A stretch of DNA of 64,000 bases from a candidate division WOR-3 bacterium (GTDB lineage Bacteria; Hydrothermota; Hydrothermia; Hydrothermales; JAJRUZ01): positions 4,530 through 68,529 of the forward strand of contig JAJRUZ010000087.1 in the NCBI GenBank assembly GCA_024277525.1, written 5' to 3'. This document shows, in pieces, positions 39,205-48,463 of this stretch. Under the pieces are notes generated by a model. The model saw only the letters and a program-made list of their open reading frames with translations. It made no database searches and was not told the origin of the DNA. The position numbers were made by a program, and so were the translations under genes. Within the stretch, counting starts at the first letter, position 1; each line of letters begins with the position of its first letter.

Positions 39205-40350
39205 TTATCCCTCCCTCCTTAAAATTATCACACCACCGCTTGCAGACGGTAATCCTTTCCAAGTTGCAATAAGAGCAGATTCAGGGGATTTCAGTTGCAC
39301 ATTTCCTGCATCGCCCCTCAATTGTAAGACAGCATCATAAATTGCCCTTAAACCGTTCATTAATGAGGTATTGCCGTTTCCTATATTACCGCCTGTTGGG
39401 TTCACCGGGAACTCACCGCCCAGGTCAAAAAAACCTTCTTTCAAAGCCTCTGCGGAATCACCGAAACTCACAAGACCGAGTGCCTCAATATGCTGAAGTT
39501 CTTTATAAGAAAAAGTATCATCAATTTCTGCAAAATCAATGTCCTTCACAGGGTTTTTTATCCCTGCCTTTGAATATGCTTTTCGAGCAGCAACTTTCAA
39601 ATATTCTGCATCTCCCTCCCATCTTTCAATATTTGGTGTAAATTCTGCGAATCCGATACCCGCAATTTTTATCAAATCCCTTCCCCTTTCTTTCGCAATT
39701 TCTTCATTTGCAATCACAATTACACAAGCTCCGTCAGCATTCGGAGCAATATCAAGTTCTCTTAAAGGGTCCGAAACAGATTCTGAAAGAAGGACCTCTT
39801 CGGGTGATATAAACGAGCCGAAGGAACTTCTCCCGAATAAAAGAGCATTTGTTCTGTTTTTTGCAACAACATAAGCGGTATCAAGTTCATCATATCCTCT
39901 CGAATCCAGAAACATGTCCATTTCCAGTCCTGCAACAAAATAAGGGTTTATCTCAAGAGGTCTGACAAAAACAGGATCAAGTGCCATTGCGTGAACATGG
40001 GAATGATAGAGAATATTTGATAGCTTTGAATGAGCTTCAAGAACACCGATTTTGAAATGACCTGTTTTAATTTGTGCGAATAATGATGCGAGTCCGGTTG
40101 CTCCATCAGCACATATGGTGTGGACAGGTTTCAGCATTGCTCCGAGTTGATCAGGCACATATTCATCAAAAATTGCGGTTCCTTCTTCGTAGTCTTCTGA
40201 AAGGGAAACAAAGGTGTCAACATCTTTCGGCTCTATACCTGCGTCAAGATATGCTTTCTCCGCTGCTTCATAGATCATTTCCCTGAAACTCACCTCAGGA
40301 GAGATTTTTCTGGGAGGAGAAAGACCTATTCCGATTATGTAAACATTCAT
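39205..40350 (-). CDS. Thiolase-fold protein (SCP2/Ltp4-like)
   Basis: SEDYEEG, HTICADG, KNR.NA, ADGAC, EIDD.F and VNP.GG. Confidence 0.85.
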   Translation of the reverse strand: MNVYIIGIGLSPPRKISPEVSFREMIYEAAEKAYLDAGIEPKDVDTFVSLSEDYEEGTAIFDEYVPDQLGAMLKPVHTICADGATGLASLFAQIKTGHFKIGVLEAHSKLSNILYHSHVHAMALDPVFVRPLEINPYFVAGLEMDMFLDSRGYDELDTAYVVAKNRTNALLFGRSSFGSFISPEEVLLSESVSDPLRELDIAPNADGACVIVIANEEIAKERGRDLIKIAGIGFAEFTPNIERWEGDAEYLKVAARKAYSKAGIKNPVKDIDFAEIDDTFSYKELQHIEALGLVSFGDSAEALKEGFFDLGGEFPVNPTGGNIGNGNTSLMNGLRAIYDAVLQLRGDAGNVQLKSPESALIATWKGLPSASGGVIILRREG

Positions 40351-40371
40351 GATTTTATAATTTTTAATTCC

Positions 40372-40382
40372 GGGATTGAACC
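40372..40382 (-). other. T-arm-like motif GG-TTCAATC-CC, 30 nt before the thiolase ATG
   Basis: Loop consensus intact; short stem (2 bp plus a U-G). Confidence 0.45.
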
Positions 40383-40404
40383 ATAGTATAAATTATAAAA
40401 TATT

Positions 40405-41100
40405 TTATGCTCCTGTTGCAAGACATAAGGCATAAATATTTGAGGCACCGCTTTCTTTTAAAACCTTTGCACATTCCTCAAGGGTAGCACCTGTTGTAAA
40501 AACATCATCAATTATTAAAATTTTTTTGTTTTTAATAAAATTCTTTTTAATTACCTTAAAGGCACCCGTGATATTTTCTTTTCTTTTTTCTTTATCTTCA
40601 ATTTTTGCCTGTGATTTTGTAGGTTTTATTCTTATTAGTATATCTTTATAATAATTTATTTCTTTCATTTTGTTCGTTTTTTCCAAAATGATTTCAATTT
40701 GATTAAATCCCCTCTCCCTTTCTCTTGAAGGATGAAGGGGGACAGGGATTGTAAGCTCAAAATCAGATATAAATTTTTCAATATGTTCTATGATAAAAGG
40801 AACAAAAAACTCCGAAATTTTTGTGTATCTTTTAAATTTATATGTTTCAATTAAATCTTTTATTTTGTCAGTATAATTGAAAATTGCGTAAACTTCATCA
40901 AGATATTTGAGTTTTATTTTACATTTATGTCTTTTCAAATTCCTTCCGCATCTTTTACAGAAAGGGGGATGAATCCTTGCTCTTAAAATAATCTCAAGGC
41001 AGTCCTTGCAGAAAAATTCATTTTTCTTTAAATTATCACAGGTAAAACACAGGGGAGGAAAGAAAAAATCTTTAAGGAAGAGAAGGAAACTTTTAAGCAT
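40405..41100 (-). CDS. ComF-family amidophosphoribosyltransferase-like competence protein
   Basis: N-terminal double Zn ribbon, PVPLH..R..ERGFNQ and IIDDVFTTGATL. Confidence 0.92.
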   Translation of the reverse strand: MLKSFLLFLKDFFFPPLCFTCDNLKKNEFFCKDCLEIILRARIHPPFCKRCGRNLKRHKCKIKLKYLDEVYAIFNYTDKIKDLIETYKFKRYTKISEFFVPFIIEHIEKFISDFELTIPVPLHPSRERERGFNQIEIILEKTNKMKEINYYKDILIRIKPTKSQAKIEDKEKRKENITGAFKVIKKNFIKNKKILIIDDVFTTGATLEECAKVLKESGASNIYALCLATGA

Positions 41101-41105
41101 TAAAA

Positions 41106-41114
41106 ATTATAACA
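41106..41114 (-). promoter_or_regulatory. Extended -10 (TGtTATAAT), 5 nt before the comF ATG (leaderless)
   Basis: Read directly; no SD. Confidence 0.6.
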
Positions 41115-41141
41115 AAATATTTTAACTCAAAGAAAAAATTC

Positions 41142-41978
41142 TTAAAACACAGGGTCACACGATTTTGTTGTTTTAAATTTTTCTATACCCTCCCTGCATA
41201 AACCTATCCTCTGAGTAAAATTTATTCCGACCTTATACGCCATTTCAAGAATCTCCTCCCTTAACTCCCTTTTTAAATACCTGTATCCCCTTATTTTTTT
41301 ATTCTCCCAAGGCAATTTTTCAATAAAAGGCAGAACTTCCTTCATTCTTTTTAAATTATCCGGCTTTGCTTTATAAGTCGAAAAAACAACCATATATAAA
41401 TTATTTACTCTGCTTAAAATCCCTTCAATAACTTCTTTTTTATCATTAAAACCGGGAATTATGGGATCTATTCTTATTACAATCCTTATACCCTCTTTTG
41501 AAAGCAAATTTGCAGCTTTTATTCTTTCGGAAACGGGAGGGGCATAAGGTTCAATTATTTTCGCTTTTTGGTCCTCAAAATGAGTGATTGTAAATGAAAC
41601 AAAAACATCCATATTTTTTAAAATGTCAATATCCCTTACAACAAGAGGGGATTTTGTTATAACTGAAATTCTGAAATTTTTATTTTTTAAATATAATAAC
41701 GTTTTCCTGGTTAAAAAAAGTCTGTCTTCAATTCCCGGATAAGGATCAGACGAAGACGAGATGTTTATCGGGTATGAATTTGATATTTTATCTATTTCTC
41801 TTTTTATTACTTTTAAATAATTATTCTTTAATCTCAATTTAAAGCCGTTTTTAATGTAAGAAGTTATATAACAATACCTGCATCTGTGATTACAGCCTGT
41901 ATACGGATTGATTGTATATTTTTTTCCGCATGTACATAACCCTTCTTTGAAGGGATCAAAAAAGGTTATATAACTCAC
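41142..41978 (-). CDS. Radical SAM protein (SplB/spore-photoproduct-lyase-like superfamily)
   Basis: NPYTGCNHRCRYCY, SSSSDPY, TKS, EP.APP..ER and RIDPIIPG. Confidence 0.85.
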   Translation of the reverse strand: MSYITFFDPFKEGLCTCGKKYTINPYTGCNHRCRYCYITSYIKNGFKLRLKNNYLKVIKREIDKISNSYPINISSSSDPYPGIEDRLFLTRKTLLYLKNKNFRISVITKSPLVVRDIDILKNMDVFVSFTITHFEDQKAKIIEPYAPPVSERIKAANLLSKEGIRIVIRIDPIIPGFNDKKEVIEGILSRVNNLYMVVFSTYKAKPDNLKRMKEVLPFIEKLPWENKKIRGYRYLKRELREEILEMAYKVGINFTQRIGLCREGIEKFKTTKSCDPVF

Positions 41979-44278
41979 TCCGATGATTTCAATATTTTGT
42001 AATATTTTTCCAATTTTTGAAGAACTTTTTTATGAACAAAATCTTCTTTTTTATTAAACATAATCCTTATGGCTTCATCAATGTTTTTTACAGCAATCAA
42101 TTCCAAATATCCCTTTTTTATAAAATCAATTACCTCATCCCTTAAACACAGATTTTTAATGTTTGTCTCCGGAAATATAACTTTAAATTTATTTTTTATC
42201 TCCTTAAATTTTAAAGCCTGATATAAGCCTTCAATTTTCTCATTAATACCTCCTATTGCCTGAATTTCTCCGAATTGATTTATCGCACCTGTAATGGCTG
42301 TATTTTGGTATATGGGAAGTTCCGAGAGCGAGGATAAAATTGAAAGTAATTCTGCTGCAGAAGCACTGTCTCCTTCAACTCCTTCATATGTTTGTTCAAA
42401 TACAACTCTTGCTGTCATATAAATCGGAATTTTCTGTCCGTATTTATAACCCAGATAACCCCTTAATATCTGTGTACCTTTTGTATGAATAGGCCCGGAA
42501 AGCTCCGCTTCCCTTTCAATATCCACCACACCTTCCTTACCCACCGAACAGGTTGCTGTTATTTTAACGGGTCTTCCGAATACCGTCTCTCCATAAGTAA
42601 GAACCGTTAAACCGTTTATTGTACCTACCTTTTTACCTTTAAAGTCAATTGAAATAACACCCTTTCTTATCCATTCAAAATAAATTTCCTCGATTTCTGT
42701 TGCCTTAAATTTTCTGTTTATTATGAAATTTATGTGTTTTTCTTTTATTTCTTTATTTTTTTCATTCTGTGCCATAAAACTTGCTTCCCTGAGTAGATCA
42801 CATATCGCTCCGAAATTTGTTGAAATTTTGTTCTGGTCCTGAGCAATTCTTGAAGAATACCATAAAATTTTTCTGAAAGAGTTTAAATCAGGGTACAAGA
42901 GTTTTTCTTTATCACAGAAAGTTTTTATAAATCTTGCTAAATCCATAATATTTCTCTTTGTCTTTGCCATCCTTGTCTTGAATTCAACATGAATTTTAAA
43001 AAGTTCGTTAAAATCTTCGTCACTTTCTTTCAAATTGAAATAAGTTGAAGGGGAACCGATCATTATTACCTTGCCTGTAAAAGGTATCGGCTCGGGTTTT
43101 ATTGTTTTTGTAGTATAGATGTTTTCCTCTTCGTTTATATTTTCAATATAAATTTTTCCTGATTTTAAAGTCCATTTTAAAAATGTATAAGATGGTCCGA
43201 TCTTTAATATCTCCTCTGCAGGAATTATCAGAAATCCCCCGTTTGCCCTGTGAAATGCACCCGGAATTATTCCTCCGAAATCAAGTGTCGGATTTTCAAG
43301 TGTCCTTTCAATTCTTCCGATAATTCTGGTCGGGGTGGGATGGGTCTCCAGCACAATCGGAGCCCCCCTTTGAGAGGAATTGTCAATAAAAAGATGAACT
43401 TTATATTTTTCTTTAAAATAAGAAAAACTCTCATCAGGTTTTGAAGAAATATAATCAATATTATCAAGAATGTCTTGAATTGCATTTTTTATGAATTCGA
43501 CTATTTCTTTTTCTTTTAAATACTTTGCAATTAAAGGCGGAAAAATACTTGATAAGGACCTTACACCGAATTGAGTTAAAAGATTTTTAATTTTTTCCCT
43601 AATATCCATTGTGATTTTTTCAATTTCCGCAACCGTTTCCTCAAGCATATTTTGGATTGTCTTGATATTCCTCTCAATTTCCTCTTTTTTACTCTGAGGA
43701 AGTTCTGAAAATTCTTCGGGTGTTATTATTTTTCCGCTTATAAGAGGCAAAATATCAAAACCCGTTTCTCTTGATTTCAAAAAAATATCTAAACTCCTTG
43801 CCTTTTCAAAAATTTTTTCAATTTTTTCCTGCTTTATTTTTTCAAATCCTGAAAGAACCTTATTTTTTGCCTCGTTAAATTCTTTACTTTTTATGATCTC
43901 TCTCAATTCTTCAAGGCTTTCGGATACTGCATCCTCAAAGTCTTTTTTAAAAATTTTGCCTTTACCCTTCTCAAGAATTATTGCTTTCGGAGAAAACGGA
44001 TTATTATGAGAAAAAACATATACAACATCGGGCGGAGCAGGCATTTTTTCAGCAATTTTGGAAACATATTCAAGGACCATACTTGTTCTACCGCTTCCGG
44101 GCATTCCTGAGACAAATATATGATGTGTTTTAGAAGGAATCGTAAGCCCGAACTCCATAGCCTTTTGAGCCTCTTTTTGTCCTATAAATCCTTCAAGGGA
44201 AGGAAGTTCACTTATTTTTTTAAACCCGAAATTTTTGTTATTTAAAAAGTCAATCTCTTTTACCTTTAATATTTTCAT
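41975..44278 (-). CDS. Lon-like protease (LonC/LonH-type AAA_32 plus S16 domain)
   Basis: IGQ..A, GMPGSGRT, HRANGG, EGDSAS (Ser) and IGGINEKIEG (Lys). Confidence 0.88.
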   Translation of the reverse strand: MKILKVKEIDFLNNKNFGFKKISELPSLEGFIGQKEAQKAMEFGLTIPSKTHHIFVSGMPGSGRTSMVLEYVSKIAEKMPAPPDVVYVFSHNNPFSPKAIILEKGKGKIFKKDFEDAVSESLEELREIIKSKEFNEAKNKVLSGFEKIKQEKIEKIFEKARSLDIFLKSRETGFDILPLISGKIITPEEFSELPQSKKEEIERNIKTIQNMLEETVAEIEKITMDIREKIKNLLTQFGVRSLSSIFPPLIAKYLKEKEIVEFIKNAIQDILDNIDYISSKPDESFSYFKEKYKVHLFIDNSSQRGAPIVLETHPTPTRIIGRIERTLENPTLDFGGIIPGAFHRANGGFLIIPAEEILKIGPSYTFLKWTLKSGKIYIENINEEENIYTTKTIKPEPIPFTGKVIMIGSPSTYFNLKESDEDFNELFKIHVEFKTRMAKTKRNIMDLARFIKTFCDKEKLLYPDLNSFRKILWYSSRIAQDQNKISTNFGAICDLLREASFMAQNEKNKEIKEKHINFIINRKFKATEIEEIYFEWIRKGVISIDFKGKKVGTINGLTVLTYGETVFGRPVKITATCSVGKEGVVDIEREAELSGPIHTKGTQILRGYLGYKYGQKIPIYMTARVVFEQTYEGVEGDSASAAELLSILSSLSELPIYQNTAITGAINQFGEIQAIGGINEKIEGLYQALKFKEIKNKFKVIFPETNIKNLCLRDEVIDFIKKGYLELIAVKNIDEAIRIMFNKKEDFVHKKVLQKLEKYYKILKSSE

Positions 44279-44284
44279 ATTTTT

Positions 44285-44294
44285 ATTTTATAAT
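44285..44294. promoter_or_regulatory. Overlapping divergent -10 boxes: TAAAAT (-), 6 nt before the lon ATG, and TATAAT (+), 8 nt before the wcaJ-like ATG
   Basis: The 24-bp intergenic gap contains both hexamers and no SD. Confidence 0.55.
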
Positions 44295-44302
44295 ATTCAC
44301 CT

Positions 44303-45655
44303 ATGGGATTGAAAGGACATCCGTTTGAAAAAATTCTGCTTTTTGTGTGCGATGCTATTTCTCTTTTTCTCGGTTTTAAAACAGCCTATTGGTTAAGATT
44401 TGAGAGCGGGTTCATTCCATTGTGGAAAAGACCGGTTCCCTATGAAATTTATTTAAAATCTTTTTTGGTTGTTTTCATTGTGGGCTTATTAATTAATATA
44501 TCAAGGGGGCTTTATGAGAAAGAAAAGAATTTCACAATGTTTGACACCTTTTTTGAACTTTTAAAAACTAATTTTATCTATTTACTCTTTATTACCTTTA
44601 TATCATTTTTTTACAGACAGATACTGTATTCAAGACTGGTTGTGAGTTTTTATTTCTTTTTTATCACAATATATGAATTTTCTTTTCGTCTCATTTTCAG
44701 GGAGGTTTTAAAGATTCTTTTTAAAAGGGGAATTTTTAAAAGGGACACAATACTTATAGGGGAAGGAGATATTTTGAGAGCAGTAAGGGTGAGAATCGAA
44801 GAGAGACCCGAACTCGGATTAAAGCTTAATAAAGTCTATAAGGCAGAGGAATTTTTGTCTCAAAGAGTAAACCCGCGAGAAGGCTCTGTTCTTATAATTG
44901 CGGTTCCGTTTGAAAAGCAGGGGCTTATTCCTCAAATAATGAAAAAAATCGAAGGAAAAAGGGTTGAAACATATCTCGCACCCGACTTGTATGAAATAAT
45001 GCTTATGGGAACAGAATCAATTCCCTTTAACGGAATTCCGCTTCTTGTTTTAAAAGAAAAAGGACTCACTTTAACACAAAGAATAATAAAAAGAGCCTTT
45101 GATATTGCATTTTCTTTGTTTGTTTTAATTCTTTTATCCCCTTTATTTTTGATCATATCCATTTTAATAAAGCTCACCTCAAAAGGACCTGTTTTTTACA
45201 AGCAGGAAAGAATAGGTAAGGACGGAAAGATTTTTTATTTATACAAATTCAGGACAATGTATGTTGGAGCGGATAAGGAAGAAGAACCGAAATTCACAAC
45301 GCCTGATGATCCGCGTGTCACACCCATCGGTAAAATCTTGAGAAAATTCAGCATAGATGAGTTTCCTCAGTTTATAAATGTCTTAAAAGGAGATATGAGC
45401 GTTGTCGGACCGAGACCCGAAAGACCCTATTTTGTTGAGAAATTCAAAAAAGAAATTCCGAGATATGATGAAAGACACAGGGTAAAAGGAGGGATAACGG
45501 GTTGGGCACAGGTTCACGGATGGAGAGGAGACACATCAATTGAAGAAAGATTGAGATATGACCTTTATTATATAGAAAACTGGTCATTTCTCCTTGATTT
45601 AAAAATTATTTTGAAAACAATAGTTATTTTCTTCAAACAAAAGAATGCCTATTAG
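44303..45655 (+). CDS. Undecaprenyl-phosphate sugar phosphotransferase (WcaJ-like)
   Basis: N-terminal TMs; KRAFD, KFRTM, DDPRVT, DE.PQF.NVLKGDMSVVGPRPER and GITGWAQV. Confidence 0.93.
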   Translation: MGLKGHPFEKILLFVCDAISLFLGFKTAYWLRFESGFIPLWKRPVPYEIYLKSFLVVFIVGLLINISRGLYEKEKNFTMFDTFFELLKTNFIYLLFITFISFFYRQILYSRLVVSFYFFFITIYEFSFRLIFREVLKILFKRGIFKRDTILIGEGDILRAVRVRIEERPELGLKLNKVYKAEEFLSQRVNPREGSVLIIAVPFEKQGLIPQIMKKIEGKRVETYLAPDLYEIMLMGTESIPFNGIPLLVLKEKGLTLTQRIIKRAFDIAFSLFVLILLSPLFLIISILIKLTSKGPVFYKQERIGKDGKIFYLYKFRTMYVGADKEEEPKFTTPDDPRVTPIGKILRKFSIDEFPQFINVLKGDMSVVGPRPERPYFVEKFKKEIPRYDERHRVKGGITGWAQVHGWRGDTSIEERLRYDLYYIENWSFLLDLKIILKTIVIFFKQKNAY

Positions 45656-46947
45656 AAAATCAGATTAAAAATAAAAAAATGTATAAGCGAGAGCATAATT
45701 AAAGAAAAGACCGTTTTTATAAAATGAAATTTTATAAATCTATAAGCAAGAAGAATTAAAATTATTGTAAATAGTGTTTGAGAACCGATAAAAGCAAGTG
45801 CAGCTCCGGATAGTTGAAACTTCGGAATCAAAACAGAATTCAAAATTAATGTTAAAGGTAATAGAGCAAGATGATAAGGAACAATATAAAAATGTTTGTT
45901 CTCCGCAATTAAAAAAGAATAAAAAAAATAATTTATTGAAGGGAAAAGAATGAGTGAGAGAAGTAATTTCAATACGGGTAAAGAATCTTCATACTTATGA
46001 AGGAAATTTTTTATTACAAATACAACAGGTGGATAAAAGAAAAAAATCAAAATCGAAAGAAAAACAAGAAAAAGAGGCAATATGTAATAATTTTTGATAA
46101 CAAAACGGGACACACTTCCCTCAATTGCTTTTTTTCTCGTCAGATAAGGCAATAGAACAAGAGACATTGCTATGGGTATTTGATAAATAAGATTCAAAAA
46201 ATTAAGTGCTATTGCGTAAATTCCGTATCCTTTCCTTCCGATCAATCCGAGTATAAAAAGTCTATCAAGGGAGAAAATTATTATGTTCAGAAATCCCACT
46301 ATAAAAATAGGAAATCCTACAAAAAAAAGTGATTTTAAACTTTTTAAATGAATTTTAAATTTAAAAAAAATTATTTTCGTAAAATAGTAGGCAAAAATGA
46401 AATAAAGGAAATTTGTAATTGCAAAACCGAAAACCGCTCCTTCACCTTTAAAATATAAAGAAAAAAGAACAACGATCAGAAAAATTGAAATAGCATCAAT
46501 GACATTTAAAAGGGAAAGTTCTCCGAATTTCTCAAGACCTCTCATAGAAAATCTGTAAAATTCCTTAAAAAAGAAAAAAGGGATAAAGGGAATGGTAATG
46601 AGAAATACTTTTTTGAAAAAAGGAGAAGAATGCAAAGAAGCAATGAAAAGAATCACAATACCTATGAAAGAAACCAGAAAAATGAAAGTAAAAGCAGTGT
46701 TTAAAAGAAATGTAAGATTTTCTTTCTCATTTTTTGCTCTTAAAAAAGGGATTTCCCTTTGGAGACCCTGTAAAATTCCGAGTTGGAGACAAATGGCATA
46801 ACTCACAAAAAGTTTGTAAGCAGAATATCCTCCGTAATCTTCGGGTCCCAAAATTTTTGCTATTACAAAACCACCGATTGCCGAGATAAAAAAAGAAAAA
46901 ACATTTGAACCCGCAAGATAAAAAGTGTTTTTAATAAGTTTTTTCAT
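45652..46947 (-). CDS. Wzx-like oligosaccharide flippase (MOP superfamily)
   Basis: About 12 TM segments; AKILGPEDYG, DR..I......YGIY and LIP...L.GAALA. Confidence 0.85.
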   Translation of the reverse strand: MKKLIKNTFYLAGSNVFSFFISAIGGFVIAKILGPEDYGGYSAYKLFVSYAICLQLGILQGLQREIPFLRAKNEKENLTFLLNTAFTFIFLVSFIGIVILFIASLHSSPFFKKVFLITIPFIPFFFFKEFYRFSMRGLEKFGELSLLNVIDAISIFLIVVLFSLYFKGEGAVFGFAITNFLYFIFAYYFTKIIFFKFKIHLKSLKSLFFVGFPIFIVGFLNIIIFSLDRLFILGLIGRKGYGIYAIALNFLNLIYQIPIAMSLVLLPYLTRKKAIEGSVSRFVIKNYYILPLFLVFLSILIFFFYPPVVFVIKNFLHKYEDSLPVLKLLLSLILFPSINYFFYSFLIAENKHFYIVPYHLALLPLTLILNSVLIPKFQLSGAALAFIGSQTLFTIILILLAYRFIKFHFIKTVFSLIMLSLIHFFIFNLIF

Positions 46948-46982
46948 ATTGTATTTTCTTATAATTCGGGTTATATTTTATT

Positions 46983-47618
46983 ATGGAAAAGCTTCCTTTA
47001 TTATACGGTATATACGGCGGAGATGACCCTAATTTCTTTTATAAAATTGAAAGGTCATTCTTAGGAGGAGTCGGAATTTTTCAATTGAGGGAGAAAGAAA
47101 AAAGCAAAAGAGAAATTATAGAGAAGGCAAAAAGAATAAAAAAGATATGTGATGCGTATAATGTGCTTTTAATAATAAACGATGACCCGGAAATTGCATT
47201 AGAGGTGAATGCACACGGTGTCCACATCGGAAAAAAAGACGGAGATATAAGAAAGATAAGGAAAATTATTAAAAATAAAATTCTTGGTGTTTCATGCTAT
47301 GATGACATTTCAAGGGCAGAAAAAGCGGAAAAAGAAGGAGCAGACTATGTTTCTTTCTCTTCCCCTTTTCCATCTCCTACCAAAAAAGATAAAAAAATTG
47401 TTCCTTTTGAAGTAATTGAAAAAGCGATTGAAAAGATAAATATTCCCTTATTTGTCATAGGCGGAATCAATTCCGAAAATGTTTCCTATCTTCTTTCCAG
47501 AATAAAATGTGGCATTTGTTCTATTTCGGGAATCTATCACTCACAGGACCCTTTTTTAAATACCTTTAAAATGAGAGAAAAAATTCTCTATCACAATGAA
47601 GGTTCTCTCACCTTCTAA
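46983..47618 (+). CDS. thiE: Thiamine-phosphate synthase
   Basis: QLREK, IINDD, GVHIG..D, LGVSC, SPTK and IGGI. Confidence 0.93.
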   Translation: MEKLPLLYGIYGGDDPNFFYKIERSFLGGVGIFQLREKEKSKREIIEKAKRIKKICDAYNVLLIINDDPEIALEVNAHGVHIGKKDGDIRKIRKIIKNKILGVSCYDDISRAEKAEKEGADYVSFSSPFPSPTKKDKKIVPFEVIEKAIEKINIPLFVIGGINSENVSYLLSRIKCGICSISGIYHSQDPFLNTFKMREKILYHNEGSLTF

Positions 47619-48423
47619 AATAAATTTCGGTCTCTGGATTTTATTCAAAAGAAAGAACGGTTTTCATGAGATAAGGTCATTCATTATTCCGATTGATTTA
47701 TTTGATGAAATTAATATTGAATATTCGGAATTAACAAGAATCAAATCCTCAAAAGGACCCAAAGGTGACGAGAATATTGTCTTTGATGTTTTGAAGATAA
47801 TGAGTGAAGAAACAGGGACCTTTATAAGTGCTGATATTTACATTAATAAGAAAATTCCGATCGGAGGAGGATTAGGAGGAGGAAGTTCAAATGCAGCAAG
47901 TGTTATAAAGGCAATAAATCAAATTTATGAATTGAACCTGGGAATAGAAGTTATCTTAAAAATTGCCGAAAAAATAGGAGCAGATGTTCCATTTTTTATC
48001 TTTTCAAAACCTGCTATTGTTAAAGGAAAAGGAAATGAAATAAGGGAAATTGATATCAAATTACCCTTTCATTTTTTAATTCATTATCCGAATTTCAGTA
48101 TTGACACAAGATGGGCTTACAATGCAATTTCCAGATTGATAAAAAATGAAGACTACAAAAAGAAGGAAGAAAAATTTGAAAAAATAATAGAACTTCTCAA
48201 AGAAGGCAAATACAATGAGGCACTGCATAATATTGAGAATGACTTTGAGAAGGTGGTTTTCAAAGAGTTTCCTGATTATAAAGAACTTTCGGAGTTTTAC
48301 AAAACAAAAGGAGCATTAAAGACCTTTCTGACAGGAACAGGGTCATGTCTTGTTGCTGTCTTTGAAAACAAGGTAAATATAAACATAAACAAAGGAGAAA
48401 TATTCTGGTGCAAACAACTGTAA
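47596..48423 (+). CDS. ispE: 4-(cytidine 5'-diphospho)-2-C-methyl-D-erythritol kinase
   Basis: KIN..L....R..G.HEI, KKIPIGGGLGGGSSNAA, GADVPFF, NDFE and TGTGS. Confidence 0.93.
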   Translation: MKVLSPSKINFGLWILFKRKNGFHEIRSFIIPIDLFDEINIEYSELTRIKSSKGPKGDENIVFDVLKIMSEETGTFISADIYINKKIPIGGGLGGGSSNAASVIKAINQIYELNLGIEVILKIAEKIGADVPFFIFSKPAIVKGKGNEIREIDIKLPFHFLIHYPNFSIDTRWAYNAISRLIKNEDYKKKEEKFEKIIELLKEGKYNEALHNIENDFEKVVFKEFPDYKELSEFYKTKGALKTFLTGTGSCLVAVFENKVNININKGEIFWCKQL

Positions 48424-48429
48424 TTAACT

Positions 48430-48458
48430 TTTACCTTTATCATAAAGTTTGGTATAAT
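48430..48458 (+). promoter_or_regulatory. Promoter TTTACC-17-TATAAT (TG-extended), 5 nt before the lptC ATG (leaderless)
   Basis: Read directly; no SD. Confidence 0.6.
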
Positions 48459-48463
48459 AAAAT

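Noticed and set aside
4271-40382. The GGTTCRA..CC motifs as tRNA genes or integrase att sites
   Set aside because: No acceptor, D or anticodon arms and no CCA around them; no integrase in the window; flanking sequences are not shared direct repeats.
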